A stretch of DNA of 64,000 nt. It comes from a virus. Below are positions 38,301-46,403 of the stretch, one piece after another (the first letter of the stretch is position 1; each line of letters starts with the position of its first letter). Below the pieces are notes generated by a model, which was not told the origin of the DNA, did no database searches, and saw only the letters and a program-made list of their open reading frames with translations. The DNA is taken from IMG/VR virus record IMGVR_UViG_3300033233_000027, positions 1 through 64,000 of that record; one strand, written 5' to 3'. Position numbers and translations under genes: made by a program.

Positions 38301-39220
38301 GCGATTTCCTGAGAGATCCAGAAGGCCTGATCGATGCCTTGCGGGACTACTCGCCAGATGGCGTTCATGTCCTATCCCCGCTAGGTGGAGGAACGATCCG
38401 CCATCAGATCTATGGTAGGGAATTGGATATCAGCAAAACGCTTCCTGTCGCTTCGTTCCGAGTGGATCTGGACGATCCAATTCCGTTTGAAGAACACGCC
38501 GCAAAACTGAGGCTCTCTCCAGAAAAGATGACCGAGAAAGAACTACGAAAACTCTGGCGGGGCCATGAGCCTCCATTTCCAAGCGAAGTTCTGGAGCGCG
38601 GACTGAGCATGATGGACATCGAAGAGATGTCTTTCAGGAACATGGAATGTCTGGATGACGAAAGACGGATCGTCTGCTATGTCTTCGGCTGGAGAGACCT
38701 TGTCGTGGATCCTCTATTCCCTGGGGCCATGGTGGAATACGAAGAGGGCCGCAGTGGTGTTGCCTCCAAAGGAATATTGCCTGGAAGAGTCGCTGGAGGT
38801 GACAAGTCAATCGTCTTCCTGGAACTGTTCGAGCCGATGACTGCATCGGAAGCTAACCAACTCAATACCGCGCCATCAGCTATTCAATCTGGATTCTACA
38901 GTAAAAAAACTGTAGCGATCGGCGGAAATACATGGGATGCATGGACGGTTTCAGATCCAGATTCCCTCCCAAAGGGAGATAGAGTTGAGATCGGTGGAGG
39001 AGAATACGAGGTCAGGCTGGACGAGCCTCTTGATCTATCCAAGATTGCTGAATTCTGCTCCAAGCACTACCCAGATGAGCCTGCCTGTGTCTGGCAGTCG
39101 CTCCTCTTCTTCGTACTTCCGCTCAACGCCAACAAAGGGGGAAGATTCCATCCGCTTCGTGCTGGTCAGGAAGGTACGTACATGGATGCGCTGGAATGGG
39201 AGATCGGGCACGGATTATGA
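38297..39220 (+). CDS. 307-aa acidic protein of unknown function
   Basis: Long ORF in ATGA overlap. Confidence 0.8.
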   Translation: MSDFLRDPEGLIDALRDYSPDGVHVLSPLGGGTIRHQIYGRELDISKTLPVASFRVDLDDPIPFEEHAAKLRLSPEKMTEKELRKLWRGHEPPFPSEVLERGLSMMDIEEMSFRNMECLDDERRIVCYVFGWRDLVVDPLFPGAMVEYEEGRSGVASKGILPGRVAGGDKSIVFLELFEPMTASEANQLNTAPSAIQSGFYSKKTVAIGGNTWDAWTVSDPDSLPKGDRVEIGGGEYEVRLDEPLDLSKIAEFCSKHYPDEPACVWQSLLFFVLPLNANKGGRFHPLRAGQEGTYMDALEWEIGHGL

Positions 39221-39278
39221 GAGAGGAATTCTTTGAGCGAGCGGGGGTGCGTGGTATCATCCCCGCTGGGAGAGACGC

Positions 39279-39650
39279 ATGAAGGTATCGGCTAGGCTTG
39301 GCACAGGTGGATGCCCCTCTGGGAAGATTCGCAGGAAGGCCTACACGACGCGTAAGGGCGTTCATGTCAAGTCATCATGCGTTCCTGACAAGGGAACGAA
39401 AGGAAAGGGTCCAAAAACTCTTCCAACACCGAGGCCTGGCTCGCTCGAGGGCTGGAAGAAGGATCTCCCATCAACGGAGCGCCACGCCATCCTGCACGAT
39501 ATCACCAAGCGCGAAGGGTGCGGCGTAGCCATAAAAAAGCTGACGCTTCTCCAGAACATCACGGCTGATGCGGCAACGAAGCGCACAGCCAAGACAGACA
39601 AGAAGTGGCTGAGAGGCCAGGGATTCTGCGAGCTTGCGAGGGGAAAATGA
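39279..39650 (+). CDS. Basic protein resembling a giant-virus (DUF5771-like) family
   Basis: CPSGKIRRKAYTTRKG..VKSSC..DKG..GKGPK...G.L......RH..L......G.....KKL.......KTDKKWL; family recalled from memory. Confidence 0.65.
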   Translation: MKVSARLGTGGCPSGKIRRKAYTTRKGVHVKSSCVPDKGTKGKGPKTLPTPRPGSLEGWKKDLPSTERHAILHDITKREGCGVAIKKLTLLQNITADAATKRTAKTDKKWLRGQGFCELARGK

Positions 39651-39904
39651 AAACGAAGCTCGGGGCCATAGAACTGGTGGAACTCGGTCGCGCCTCAAAG
39701 CGCGTCTGCGCTAGGGCAGTCAAGAGCGGTAAGCGGTGGGTCGTGCGCACCTCAGATGCGGGTTCCGGTGCCGGCAGGAACTGGATTGAGGCTCCGTGCC
39801 TTCGCAGCAAGAAGAAGTCGAAGGCGCGTACGTTCCTGACTCGCTCCATCGCAGAAGCCCATGCGCGAAAGTGCGGAATCATGCTGTGCCGAAAAGGAAA
39901 ATGA
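39647..39904 (+). CDS. Small basic protein
   Basis: Start MKTKLGAIELVELG in ATGA overlap. Confidence 0.75.
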   Translation: MKTKLGAIELVELGRASKRVCARAVKSGKRWVVRTSDAGSGAGRNWIEAPCLRSKKKSKARTFLTRSIAEAHARKCGIMLCRKGK

Positions 39905-39946
39905 GTCGGTAATATACTTTTGACTAGGACGAAAGGGGGGATAGGA

Positions 39947-40726
39947 ATGCAAGCGAGACCACTGGGGTATTATGGGCGTATCAAGCCTTCACCAATCAGG
40001 ATCCCGCAAGGTGCCCGCTCAGCGGCACTTGGAGCTGCGATCATTCTGGATCAGCAACTTGCCGCAAGCGTAATCCAGCGATGGAATGGGGCGAATCAGG
40101 GAAAGAACGAAGCCCTAGCTGTACTCACTAACTTCCCGTACGATACAGCTCCAGTAGGTTCATATTCGCAACTGGATGGGGCCGTTACCAACTTTGAGAC
40201 GCTCAACGGATCGGCTGGAATCGTAAGCCTTGTAGGAAAAGCTACCCTAGTTCTTCAAAACAACGCACCCTCCTTCACGTCACAGGAAGAACTACAGGCT
40301 CTTAATGCGCTGGAGAACATGGGGCATCTGCTACAGAAAGCAGCTCAGGCGCTGATGAGTATTCCTCCTCCGACCCCAGCCCAACCGCCACAAGGCATTC
40401 TCCTGTCGGCCGCAGAGGCTAATGGATACAACGCTGCCGTGCAGTCGCTTCTCGAGGCTATCGGACTGCTTGGAACCCCAGCCATCTTGGTGCCGCATAA
40501 GGCTGCATTGCAGGCGCTTTCTGGCAACTTGCAGACATCCCCAGTCTATGTGCCACCCAACTTTGCCTCCACAATCCAGGCGGCTTCTGATGCGGTTACG
40601 ACTGAGAGGAATAGACAGGCTGCGTTGGCCCAAACAGGACAGACTCCAGTTGCTGGAGATCAGACCGCGCTCTACGTTGGCGGTGGCGTTGCGCTTACTG
40701 CCTTGCTCCTTATTGCGTTTGCCTAA
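39947..40726 (+). CDS. Tail-anchored helical protein
   Basis: Leader RPLG...AALG-A; ends LYVGGGVALTALLLIAFA. Confidence 0.85.
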   Translation: MQARPLGYYGRIKPSPIRIPQGARSAALGAAIILDQQLAASVIQRWNGANQGKNEALAVLTNFPYDTAPVGSYSQLDGAVTNFETLNGSAGIVSLVGKATLVLQNNAPSFTSQEELQALNALENMGHLLQKAAQALMSIPPPTPAQPPQGILLSAAEANGYNAAVQSLLEAIGLLGTPAILVPHKAALQALSGNLQTSPVYVPPNFASTIQAASDAVTTERNRQAALAQTGQTPVAGDQTALYVGGGVALTALLLIAFA

Positions 40727-40771
40727 ACCTATGATGCGGGCTATGCCCGCAATATGAATTGGAGAATAGCG

Positions 40772-41428
40772 ATGAATCAGCCGATCAGACTCGCACGACA
40801 ATTTTCTCCCATCGGAAAGTCGATCCGCCTTGCTGGTGCCCGTCTTGGGAATCCAGATACATTCCTGTCGGATTCTCAGGCATCTGCGGTCAGGCAGGGC
40901 GCACAGACGCTTCTGCAAGCGATCGGGGCGTTGGGAAATCCAGCTAGTCTTTCTTCCTGGAAAAACTGGCTTGAGACCTTCTCGTACAGGCTTCAGCAGC
41001 CACCAGTTTATGTGGCAGATGACTACACCTCCACTCTCCAGGGGGCGTCCGATGCAATTGCGGCAGAGAACGCTAAGCAGGGTGGCCAGGTCCCGACGAT
41101 GTTCCTCTACGCCGAAGAGGCGGCTCCATGGTCTGAGGCAGCTAAAGCGATTCTAGCTGAGATGGGAAATATCGGTAATCCAGCATCCTTGGCCCAGCAT
41201 AGGAGTAATCTGGAATCCCTAGTCTCGCAGTTCTCAGATGTCAAGCAGGATACCACGGGTCGAAATTATGTCGTGGTTCGATCTGATTATGGCCAGAGGA
41301 TTGAAAACGCCAGAGCTGCTACGCAGCAGGCAAAGGCTTCTCCAACCGCCTCAACTGGTCCATCTACGGTCGAAGTGGCTGGTGTAATTGGAGTGATCGG
41401 CCTCGGCCTCTGGCTCGCGTTGGGTTAA
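40772..41428 (+). CDS. Tail-anchored protein with two copies of a helical domain
   Basis: Leader PIRLAR...ARLG-N; GNPASL twice; ends VAGVIGVIGLGLWLALG. Confidence 0.85.
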   Translation: MNQPIRLARQFSPIGKSIRLAGARLGNPDTFLSDSQASAVRQGAQTLLQAIGALGNPASLSSWKNWLETFSYRLQQPPVYVADDYTSTLQGASDAIAAENAKQGGQVPTMFLYAEEAAPWSEAAKAILAEMGNIGNPASLAQHRSNLESLVSQFSDVKQDTTGRNYVVVRSDYGQRIENARAATQQAKASPTASTGPSTVEVAGVIGVIGLGLWLALG

Positions 41429-41480
41429 AAACTGCGGCACACCAATGGTAGGCAGCGTCTGAATAGCGAGGAGAGTAAAG

Positions 41481-41918
41481 TTGCCTGATACGGCCCCGCA
41501 TCCAGCAAGATATCTGGATGCTACTAAGGAGGAGGCCCAGGCCTTCACTACTGCCGCCAAGCATGTGCTGGACTATGTGGCGCAGCATCTGGACAGTTCC
41601 CACGTCGCCTGCGACCCAGGAATTGCCGTATGGGCCAATAGGCTCTCTGCCGCTGTGGCACGCCTAGACCAGGATAAATCTGGCTTCTACAAGATCCCGT
41701 CAGAGGCTATTGAGGCCATTGCCAGAATATCAGAATGCGCCACAGCCATCTCCAGACACGTCGATCTGGTACGTCTGATTGCCTTCGTGGGCAGTTCTGC
41801 CGGCACATTCGGGCTTTTGGCCCTGAAACTGCCCATTCTGGCCTGGGTTGGCTACGGGGCCGCAGTGGCAGCCACGGTAATCGGCCCTTCCGTACGCATA
41901 CCGCTCCTAGAGGATTGA
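41481..41918 (+). CDS. Membrane protein
   Basis: SD GAGGAG; C-terminal TM pair. Confidence 0.7.
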   Translation: MPDTAPHPARYLDATKEEAQAFTTAAKHVLDYVAQHLDSSHVACDPGIAVWANRLSAAVARLDQDKSGFYKIPSEAIEAIARISECATAISRHVDLVRLIAFVGSSAGTFGLLALKLPILAWVGYGAAVAATVIGPSVRIPLLED

Positions 41919-41921
41919 GCC

Positions 41922-42386
41922 GTGATGTCGAAGAAGCGGATCCTCTACATCGTGCTCCCTGATCCGACCTTGGCGGGAGAAAGACACCTCTGGGGCTGGA
42001 CCATCCTGACTGGGAGAGGTGGCCCAGATGTCCATGTGGTCGACGGAAATGAGATGGCTAAGATCGTTGGGGGAGGGGTTGTGGTTCCAGCGGTCGGCTG
42101 GAAGAGAAAGGCTCGAGTGTCTTTCCAGGAAGAACTGACCATACCAGTCGGACCTGAACGTGCCTGGAATGAACTGGCCAAAACACTCAACCCTCAACCC
42201 AGCGAAGGTTCCGTCTCGGCAAAATACTCTGGTCCTTGGACTGGTGGTCGCTGGAGGATCGCTGGTCCATTCTGTTGTCCAGCAGATGCGTCTGGATTTG
42301 CGGCCGACGATGCGGGCCATACAGGGGCCAGCATCGCCGTGGAGCTCTGGACGATGACTTCAGGGAAGTGGAAGAGAACGGGTTGA
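41922..42386 (+). CDS. Hypothetical protein, last gene of plus-strand block
   Basis: 154 aa followed by hairpin. Confidence 0.65.
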   Translation: MMSKKRILYIVLPDPTLAGERHLWGWTILTGRGGPDVHVVDGNEMAKIVGGGVVVPAVGWKRKARVSFQEELTIPVGPERAWNELAKTLNPQPSEGSVSAKYSGPWTGGRWRIAGPFCCPADASGFAADDAGHTGASIAVELWTMTSGKWKRTG

Positions 42387-42413
42387 GCCGCAGCTGGAAT
42401 TGCCAGCTGCGGC
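42387..42413. terminator. Hairpin at the convergence point
   Basis: GCCGCAGCTGG-AATTG-CCAGCTGCGGC perfect 11-bp stem between convergent genes. Confidence 0.65.
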
Positions 42414-42433
42414 CACAATCTGAAGCGCAGCGG

Positions 42434-42712
42434 CTAGATCACGACCCCAGCCACGATTTCAGGAAAGACCACAAGATGATCTCCATCGGCCACCCCAGCC
42501 TGCGGCAAAGTCTGCGTTTCAAGCAGACGTCGCCCCTTTTCCTTGTGGTCTAGGCTGTAGACCATCGGGGAGCCATCTGGAGAAACGGCTGGGAGCAACA
42601 TCTTCGTGATGATGTTCGGGAGGATCTTGGACACGGGGACGGAATCCGAGATCCTCGCTTTGACGCTCTTAGCACCCGTCTGATCCAGAAAAATAACCAT
42701 TCGGTCTGCCAT
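42434..42712 (-). CDS. Ubiquitin-like beta-grasp protein (EsaB/YukD-type)
   Basis: MADRMVIFLDQTG...VPVSKILPNIITKM.LP..SPDG..M.Y.L.HK..GRRL...QTL..AGV.DGD.L.V.PEIVAG-VVI; SD AAGGAGG. Confidence 0.85.
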   Translation of the reverse strand: MADRMVIFLDQTGAKSVKARISDSVPVSKILPNIITKMLLPAVSPDGSPMVYSLDHKEKGRRLLETQTLPQAGVADGDHLVVFPEIVAGVVI

Positions 42713-42760
42713 GGCATCCTCCTTCTGTTGCACAGAATGCGTACTGTGCGTACAACCGAA

Positions 42761-43216
42761 CTAAACCCTTCCTAATTGCTGCAAGAAATCGAACGCCTCT
42801 TTTGTAAAACATTCCCAGAACAGCTTGGCTGCGGCTGGAACCTCATTCGGATCGTGAACTTCGACACGGGCCGTAGGAAGGTGAATCGCCACCTTGGCTA
42901 CGTCCCATGTTTTACCTCCGACGCAGAACCACCCATCTATAGTTACTCGAGCCAGTTCAACTCCGCGGAGTGCGTAAATTAGTTTTGCGCCATCTCCCCG
43001 ATATCTGAACCAGCCTTCGGGAATCATGTCCCCGTACTGGATTTCCGTAACCGACATCTGCCCGTCCCTTCTAATCAGCGTGCGGTATTTATCTATCGCC
43101 TCAGCAGTGGCGGCAGCAGCCCCGATCTTCTCTTCACGGTGCCCGCCATCGCCATGGATAACGGCTAGTACGCATCCTAGGAGTTCCCGGTACTCGTTCA
43201 TCGATTCACGTCTCAT
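42761..43216 (-). CDS. Hypothetical protein
   Basis: Co-oriented ORF; LAVIHGDGGH motif seen in phage hypotheticals. Confidence 0.6.
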   Translation of the reverse strand: MRRESMNEYRELLGCVLAVIHGDGGHREEKIGAAAATAEAIDKYRTLIRRDGQMSVTEIQYGDMIPEGWFRYRGDGAKLIYALRGVELARVTIDGWFCVGGKTWDVAKVAIHLPTARVEVHDPNEVPAAAKLFWECFTKEAFDFLQQLGRV

Positions 43217-43493
43217 ATTTCATAGCCACGCTTGGCTTGTTCAATCCGCTCCCTTGGCACCAAGGACACTTTCCATCAACGGCTCGGAATACGGTTTCAT
43301 CCTTCGTACTCTCCCAGGAGAAATTGCAGTCTGGTCCGTGGCAGTGACGTATCAGCTTAACCGAATCCCCTTCCAGAACTGATCCGAAGTTCGGGGATCC
43401 GCAGGTCGGACACTTGAACGCGTGATGCTTGCCAGTTCCAAAGCAGGCAGGACATTCTTTCGGAACTTTCGGTTTGCTCTTTGCGTCTGTCAC
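43206..43493 (-). CDS. DnaJ-type zinc-finger-like protein
   Basis: CPACFGTG, CPTCG, CPWCQGSG. Confidence 0.65.
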   Translation of the reverse strand: MTDAKSKPKVPKECPACFGTGKHHAFKCPTCGSPNFGSVLEGDSVKLIRHCHGPDCNFSWESTKDETVFRAVDGKCPWCQGSGLNKPSVAMKYET

Positions 43494-43712
43494 GAATAAC
43501 CCTTTCCTGAATCACCCCCACTTTGTACCAAAATACCCAACTACGGTGGCCTCGTTTCGCACACTTACCCATGGGTACGTGGGCAATCTATGGCTTTGTT
43601 TTACATCGAACATCGACCGGCCGTACCTGTGTCCAGAATCCGTATATGGCCATCAGGAAAAAGGCTGAAGAAAGTATCGTGATGAATACCCAGTAGGCAG
43701 ACATGGCTCACC

Positions 43713-44069
43713 TTACGTTTTCGGACGTGTCTTTATCTTCTCGCGCATTCTATCTGCGTCTTCTTGCACATCAGCGTTGAAGCTGGACCAATCAGATAGG
43801 TGCCCAAAAATAATATGGCAATCGTGCGAATTCTCATCACAGAGAGAGATGAGGTTCGTTTGATCGAGTTCCAGCGCAGGATTCAAATGAAACGGCTTCT
43901 TATGGTGGACCTGGACATCCTTCGTAACGCCGCAGACAGCACACATCGGGTTCTTCTCGAGATGCTTCTTGCGAACTGTCGGCCATTGTGGACTTCTTTT
44001 CAAGCCAGCAGCCTTGATCGGTTTGTCCTGTGGGCGACCTAGGATGGCATTCCGAATTGCGTTTAGCAT
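43713..44069 (-). CDS. HNH endonuclease
   Basis: RS.QW..VRK.HL...P.CAVCG....VQVHH...NLISLC...CHIIFGH. Confidence 0.88.
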   Translation of the reverse strand: MLNAIRNAILGRPQDKPIKAAGLKRSPQWPTVRKKHLEKNPMCAVCGVTKDVQVHHKKPFHLNPALELDQTNLISLCDENSHDCHIIFGHLSDWSSFNADVQEDADRMREKIKTRPKT

Positions 44070-44265
44070 TGCGTCTCTTTCTTATTGGAGGAACTCGCTC
44101 TCAGTTCATCAACCAAGATCTCAAGTTCAATGAACTCGTCCTCATACTGAGGCAGGATCGGAGTCTCAAGGCCCCCCATCTTTCCTAGCAACGCTTCTGC
44201 TGCCTTGAGAAGCCGGTTCAGGTTATCATTGCCCATCTGGCTTCACCATTTATCTCTTTTACGCA

Positions 44266-44337
44266 CTGCCCCGTCACGATTCGAACGTGAACCTTCCGCA
44301 TCCAAAGTGCGGCGAGCTACCGTTACTCCACGGGGCA
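44266..44337 (-). tRNA. tRNA-Gln(UUG)
   Basis: TGCCCCG/CGGGGCA acceptor, CCGCA-CT TTG GA-TGCGG anticodon arm, GTTCGAAT T-loop; no encoded CCA. Confidence 0.9.
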
Positions 44338-44342
44338 TAGAG

Positions 44343-44496
44343 GACGGCAGGGGATCATCCCTGTCCCCCTGCCGTCTCTGGAAAGATCGGGGACACACCA
44401 ACCCTAGGTATGTCCGGTTGAAAGAGCGATCCGCAGTGCGCACAAGTGGCGCTGCGGTAGCCGAACCGTGGAGCTCGCGCCCCACGAGGACGGCTA
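44343..44496. ncRNA. Candidate structured RNA (cluster of hairpins) adjacent to tRNA-Gln
   Basis: GACGGCAGGGG/CCCCTGCCGTC, CAACC/GGTTG, CCGCAGTGC/GCGCTGCGG, TAGCCG/CGGCTA. Confidence 0.4.
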
Positions 44497-44698
44497 AGAT
44501 TTCGTATATCTACTTTTTCACGACTGGCCTGCATCTACGATGCCGGCGAGCGAACCCATTCAGGAGATCGTTGAACTGGTGTACTAGGAGAGGAAGACCG
44601 ACTGGCTCCTGGGATCCACACCGCTCGCATAGCATCGACGGAGGTTGCTGGTCGTATTTCAGGACGGCCCACCAAATGCTGTTCATCGTTCTATCGTT

Positions 44699-45361
44699 TC
44701 ACGCCATCAGCGGTAGTTCGTACTCGTCATAATTCTCGAAGGGATGATGTTCCCCGAATTTTGGATGGAGAATGTCGCAATCCACGAACCGTCGTTGGCA
44801 GCCAATCGAAGCCCAGACGTAGTGCAGGCTTCCTCCAGTTCCTCCAAGCCTCATCTTGAGCGGGCTTAGGCCAATGGCCGCAGCAAGCGTCAGTACGAGA
44901 ATTGTCGCATCGTCTGAGTCGCCGGACATCTTCGGACTCGGACACTGGAGCGGTCCAAGATCATTCAATTTGCTTTGAGCAAATGCCGCTTGGATCGGAT
45001 TCCAGAAGATATCCAGCACTTCCTTTGGCGTACGAAGTCGGCGCAGATTGTTTGCAGCAGTACGAATACATTCCGAGCCGATAGGATCCTGTACGTACAC
45101 AAATCTGTCATGGCACCACGCGTACAGTCCCTGAAGCTGAACGAGATCGCGATTGTCTTCTGAGAGTACCACACCATTTTTACTAGCTGCCTCTGCTGAG
45201 AATGTGGCAATGAGATGCGCTGTATCTATTACCAGCGGATCGGTGTGGCCTTCACAGATGAAGTCTGCCATCCGACCAAGAGTGAATTGGACCGCATCAA
45301 ACTCTGGCAATCTCCTAATTCTTGATTCACCTAGCCCTGGGATGTTGTCCTTACTCTTCAT
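44699..45361 (-). CDS. Catalytically altered paralogue of the transglutaminase-like enzyme
   Basis: Collinear with 24335..25036 (DPLV.DTA, FVYV.DP.G.E, PLK.R.GG..G.LH.VWAS) but GDSDD and LHYVW; start MKSKD with SD AGGAG. Confidence 0.88.
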   Translation of the reverse strand: MKSKDNIPGLGESRIRRLPEFDAVQFTLGRMADFICEGHTDPLVIDTAHLIATFSAEAASKNGVVLSEDNRDLVQLQGLYAWCHDRFVYVQDPIGSECIRTAANNLRRLRTPKEVLDIFWNPIQAAFAQSKLNDLGPLQCPSPKMSGDSDDATILVLTLAAAIGLSPLKMRLGGTGGSLHYVWASIGCQRRFVDCDILHPKFGEHHPFENYDEYELPLMA

Positions 45362-45648
45362 GCCTTGGCTCCTTCTAGGATTCCAGAATCCTATCGTTCT
45401 ACGACCCCTGCTCCACAACACGTTGGGCAAGTCTTCTGCTTCGTACCACGAATCTCTCTGGCGAATACCACCGGGCTTCCCCAGTCAGCTTTTGTGAGGA
45501 TGGCAACGGCCTCTTGAAATGTCTTTGCGGCAAGAACGGCTCGCATATCCTTAAAGCAGGAAGGCCAGTCATCGCATGGACTCGGTTCAATGTTCAGATA
45601 CATCCGCTGTAGCTGTTTATCGGTATAGGTCTTCATGATTCCTCAATA

Positions 45649-45930
45649 TCACGCAGGCTCGTACGTCATCTCGAAAATGTCAGGCTTGCACGGGTACTTC
45701 TCGCCCTTGACCCCGGTGATGATCCAGTCGCCAACCCTGACCTCCATCACACCTTCCAAGGTGTCGATGAAGAATCCGTAGATTGGGCCGTACTTCCGGT
45801 TCAGGTCAATCTGGTACGCATCGCCCCCGCCCCACTTCTTCTCTCCACGGCGCATCCCATCGGGCAGTGGCCCATCTGGATTCGTGAACTGCACGGCCTC
45901 AATCACTACTGGTTTCTTGCGGAATCTCAT
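45649..45930 (-). CDS. Conserved phage protein (PGDYG-like)
   Basis: MRFRKKPVVIEAVQF...TLEG.M....GDWIITGVKGE.YPCKPDIF..TYE. Confidence 0.88.
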   Translation of the reverse strand: MRFRKKPVVIEAVQFTNPDGPLPDGMRRGEKKWGGGDAYQIDLNRKYGPIYGFFIDTLEGVMEVRVGDWIITGVKGEKYPCKPDIFEMTYEPA

Positions 45931-46403
45931 TTCGCCTCCCCTCCAGTTACGCGCCCTTTATTGGAAAGCATTCCGCGATCTCACGAACAAGTTTGAATCC
46001 AGCGCAGAGTCCATACCAAATGACGCCAGCGATGTAACCGAAAAGTAAACCAACTACGTAGAATGGCAACCAGATAAATGCAGTGGCGCATCCAGCCGCC
46101 CGACCACTCCTACGTAGTTCTTCTTTCGCATCCATGCTTCACCCTCCAGTATCACGACTTCGGCGCACTCTTTCGCGCCTGCTGAAATTCCGAACACGAG
46201 CCGCACTGGCAGCGTCGTCCATGGTTCAGGTACTTTCTGACTATCTTTCCGCACTCATAGCAGTGAATGCGTCGGAGTCCAACGAAGACCCTTCCAACCG
46301 AGGCCGCGCAGCACAAACAGTAGCCCGACCTCGCCTTTGCTACATTTGTGTGCCTTATGCTGTGCGAGCCCATGCGCGTTCCTCCGGGATTGTGTAGGGA
46401 GAA

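Noticed and set aside
45362-45430. FWNP in the N-terminal extension of 44699..45430 as a WxP tag
   Set aside because: Extension overlaps the upstream gene; the SD supports ATG 45361, which excludes it.
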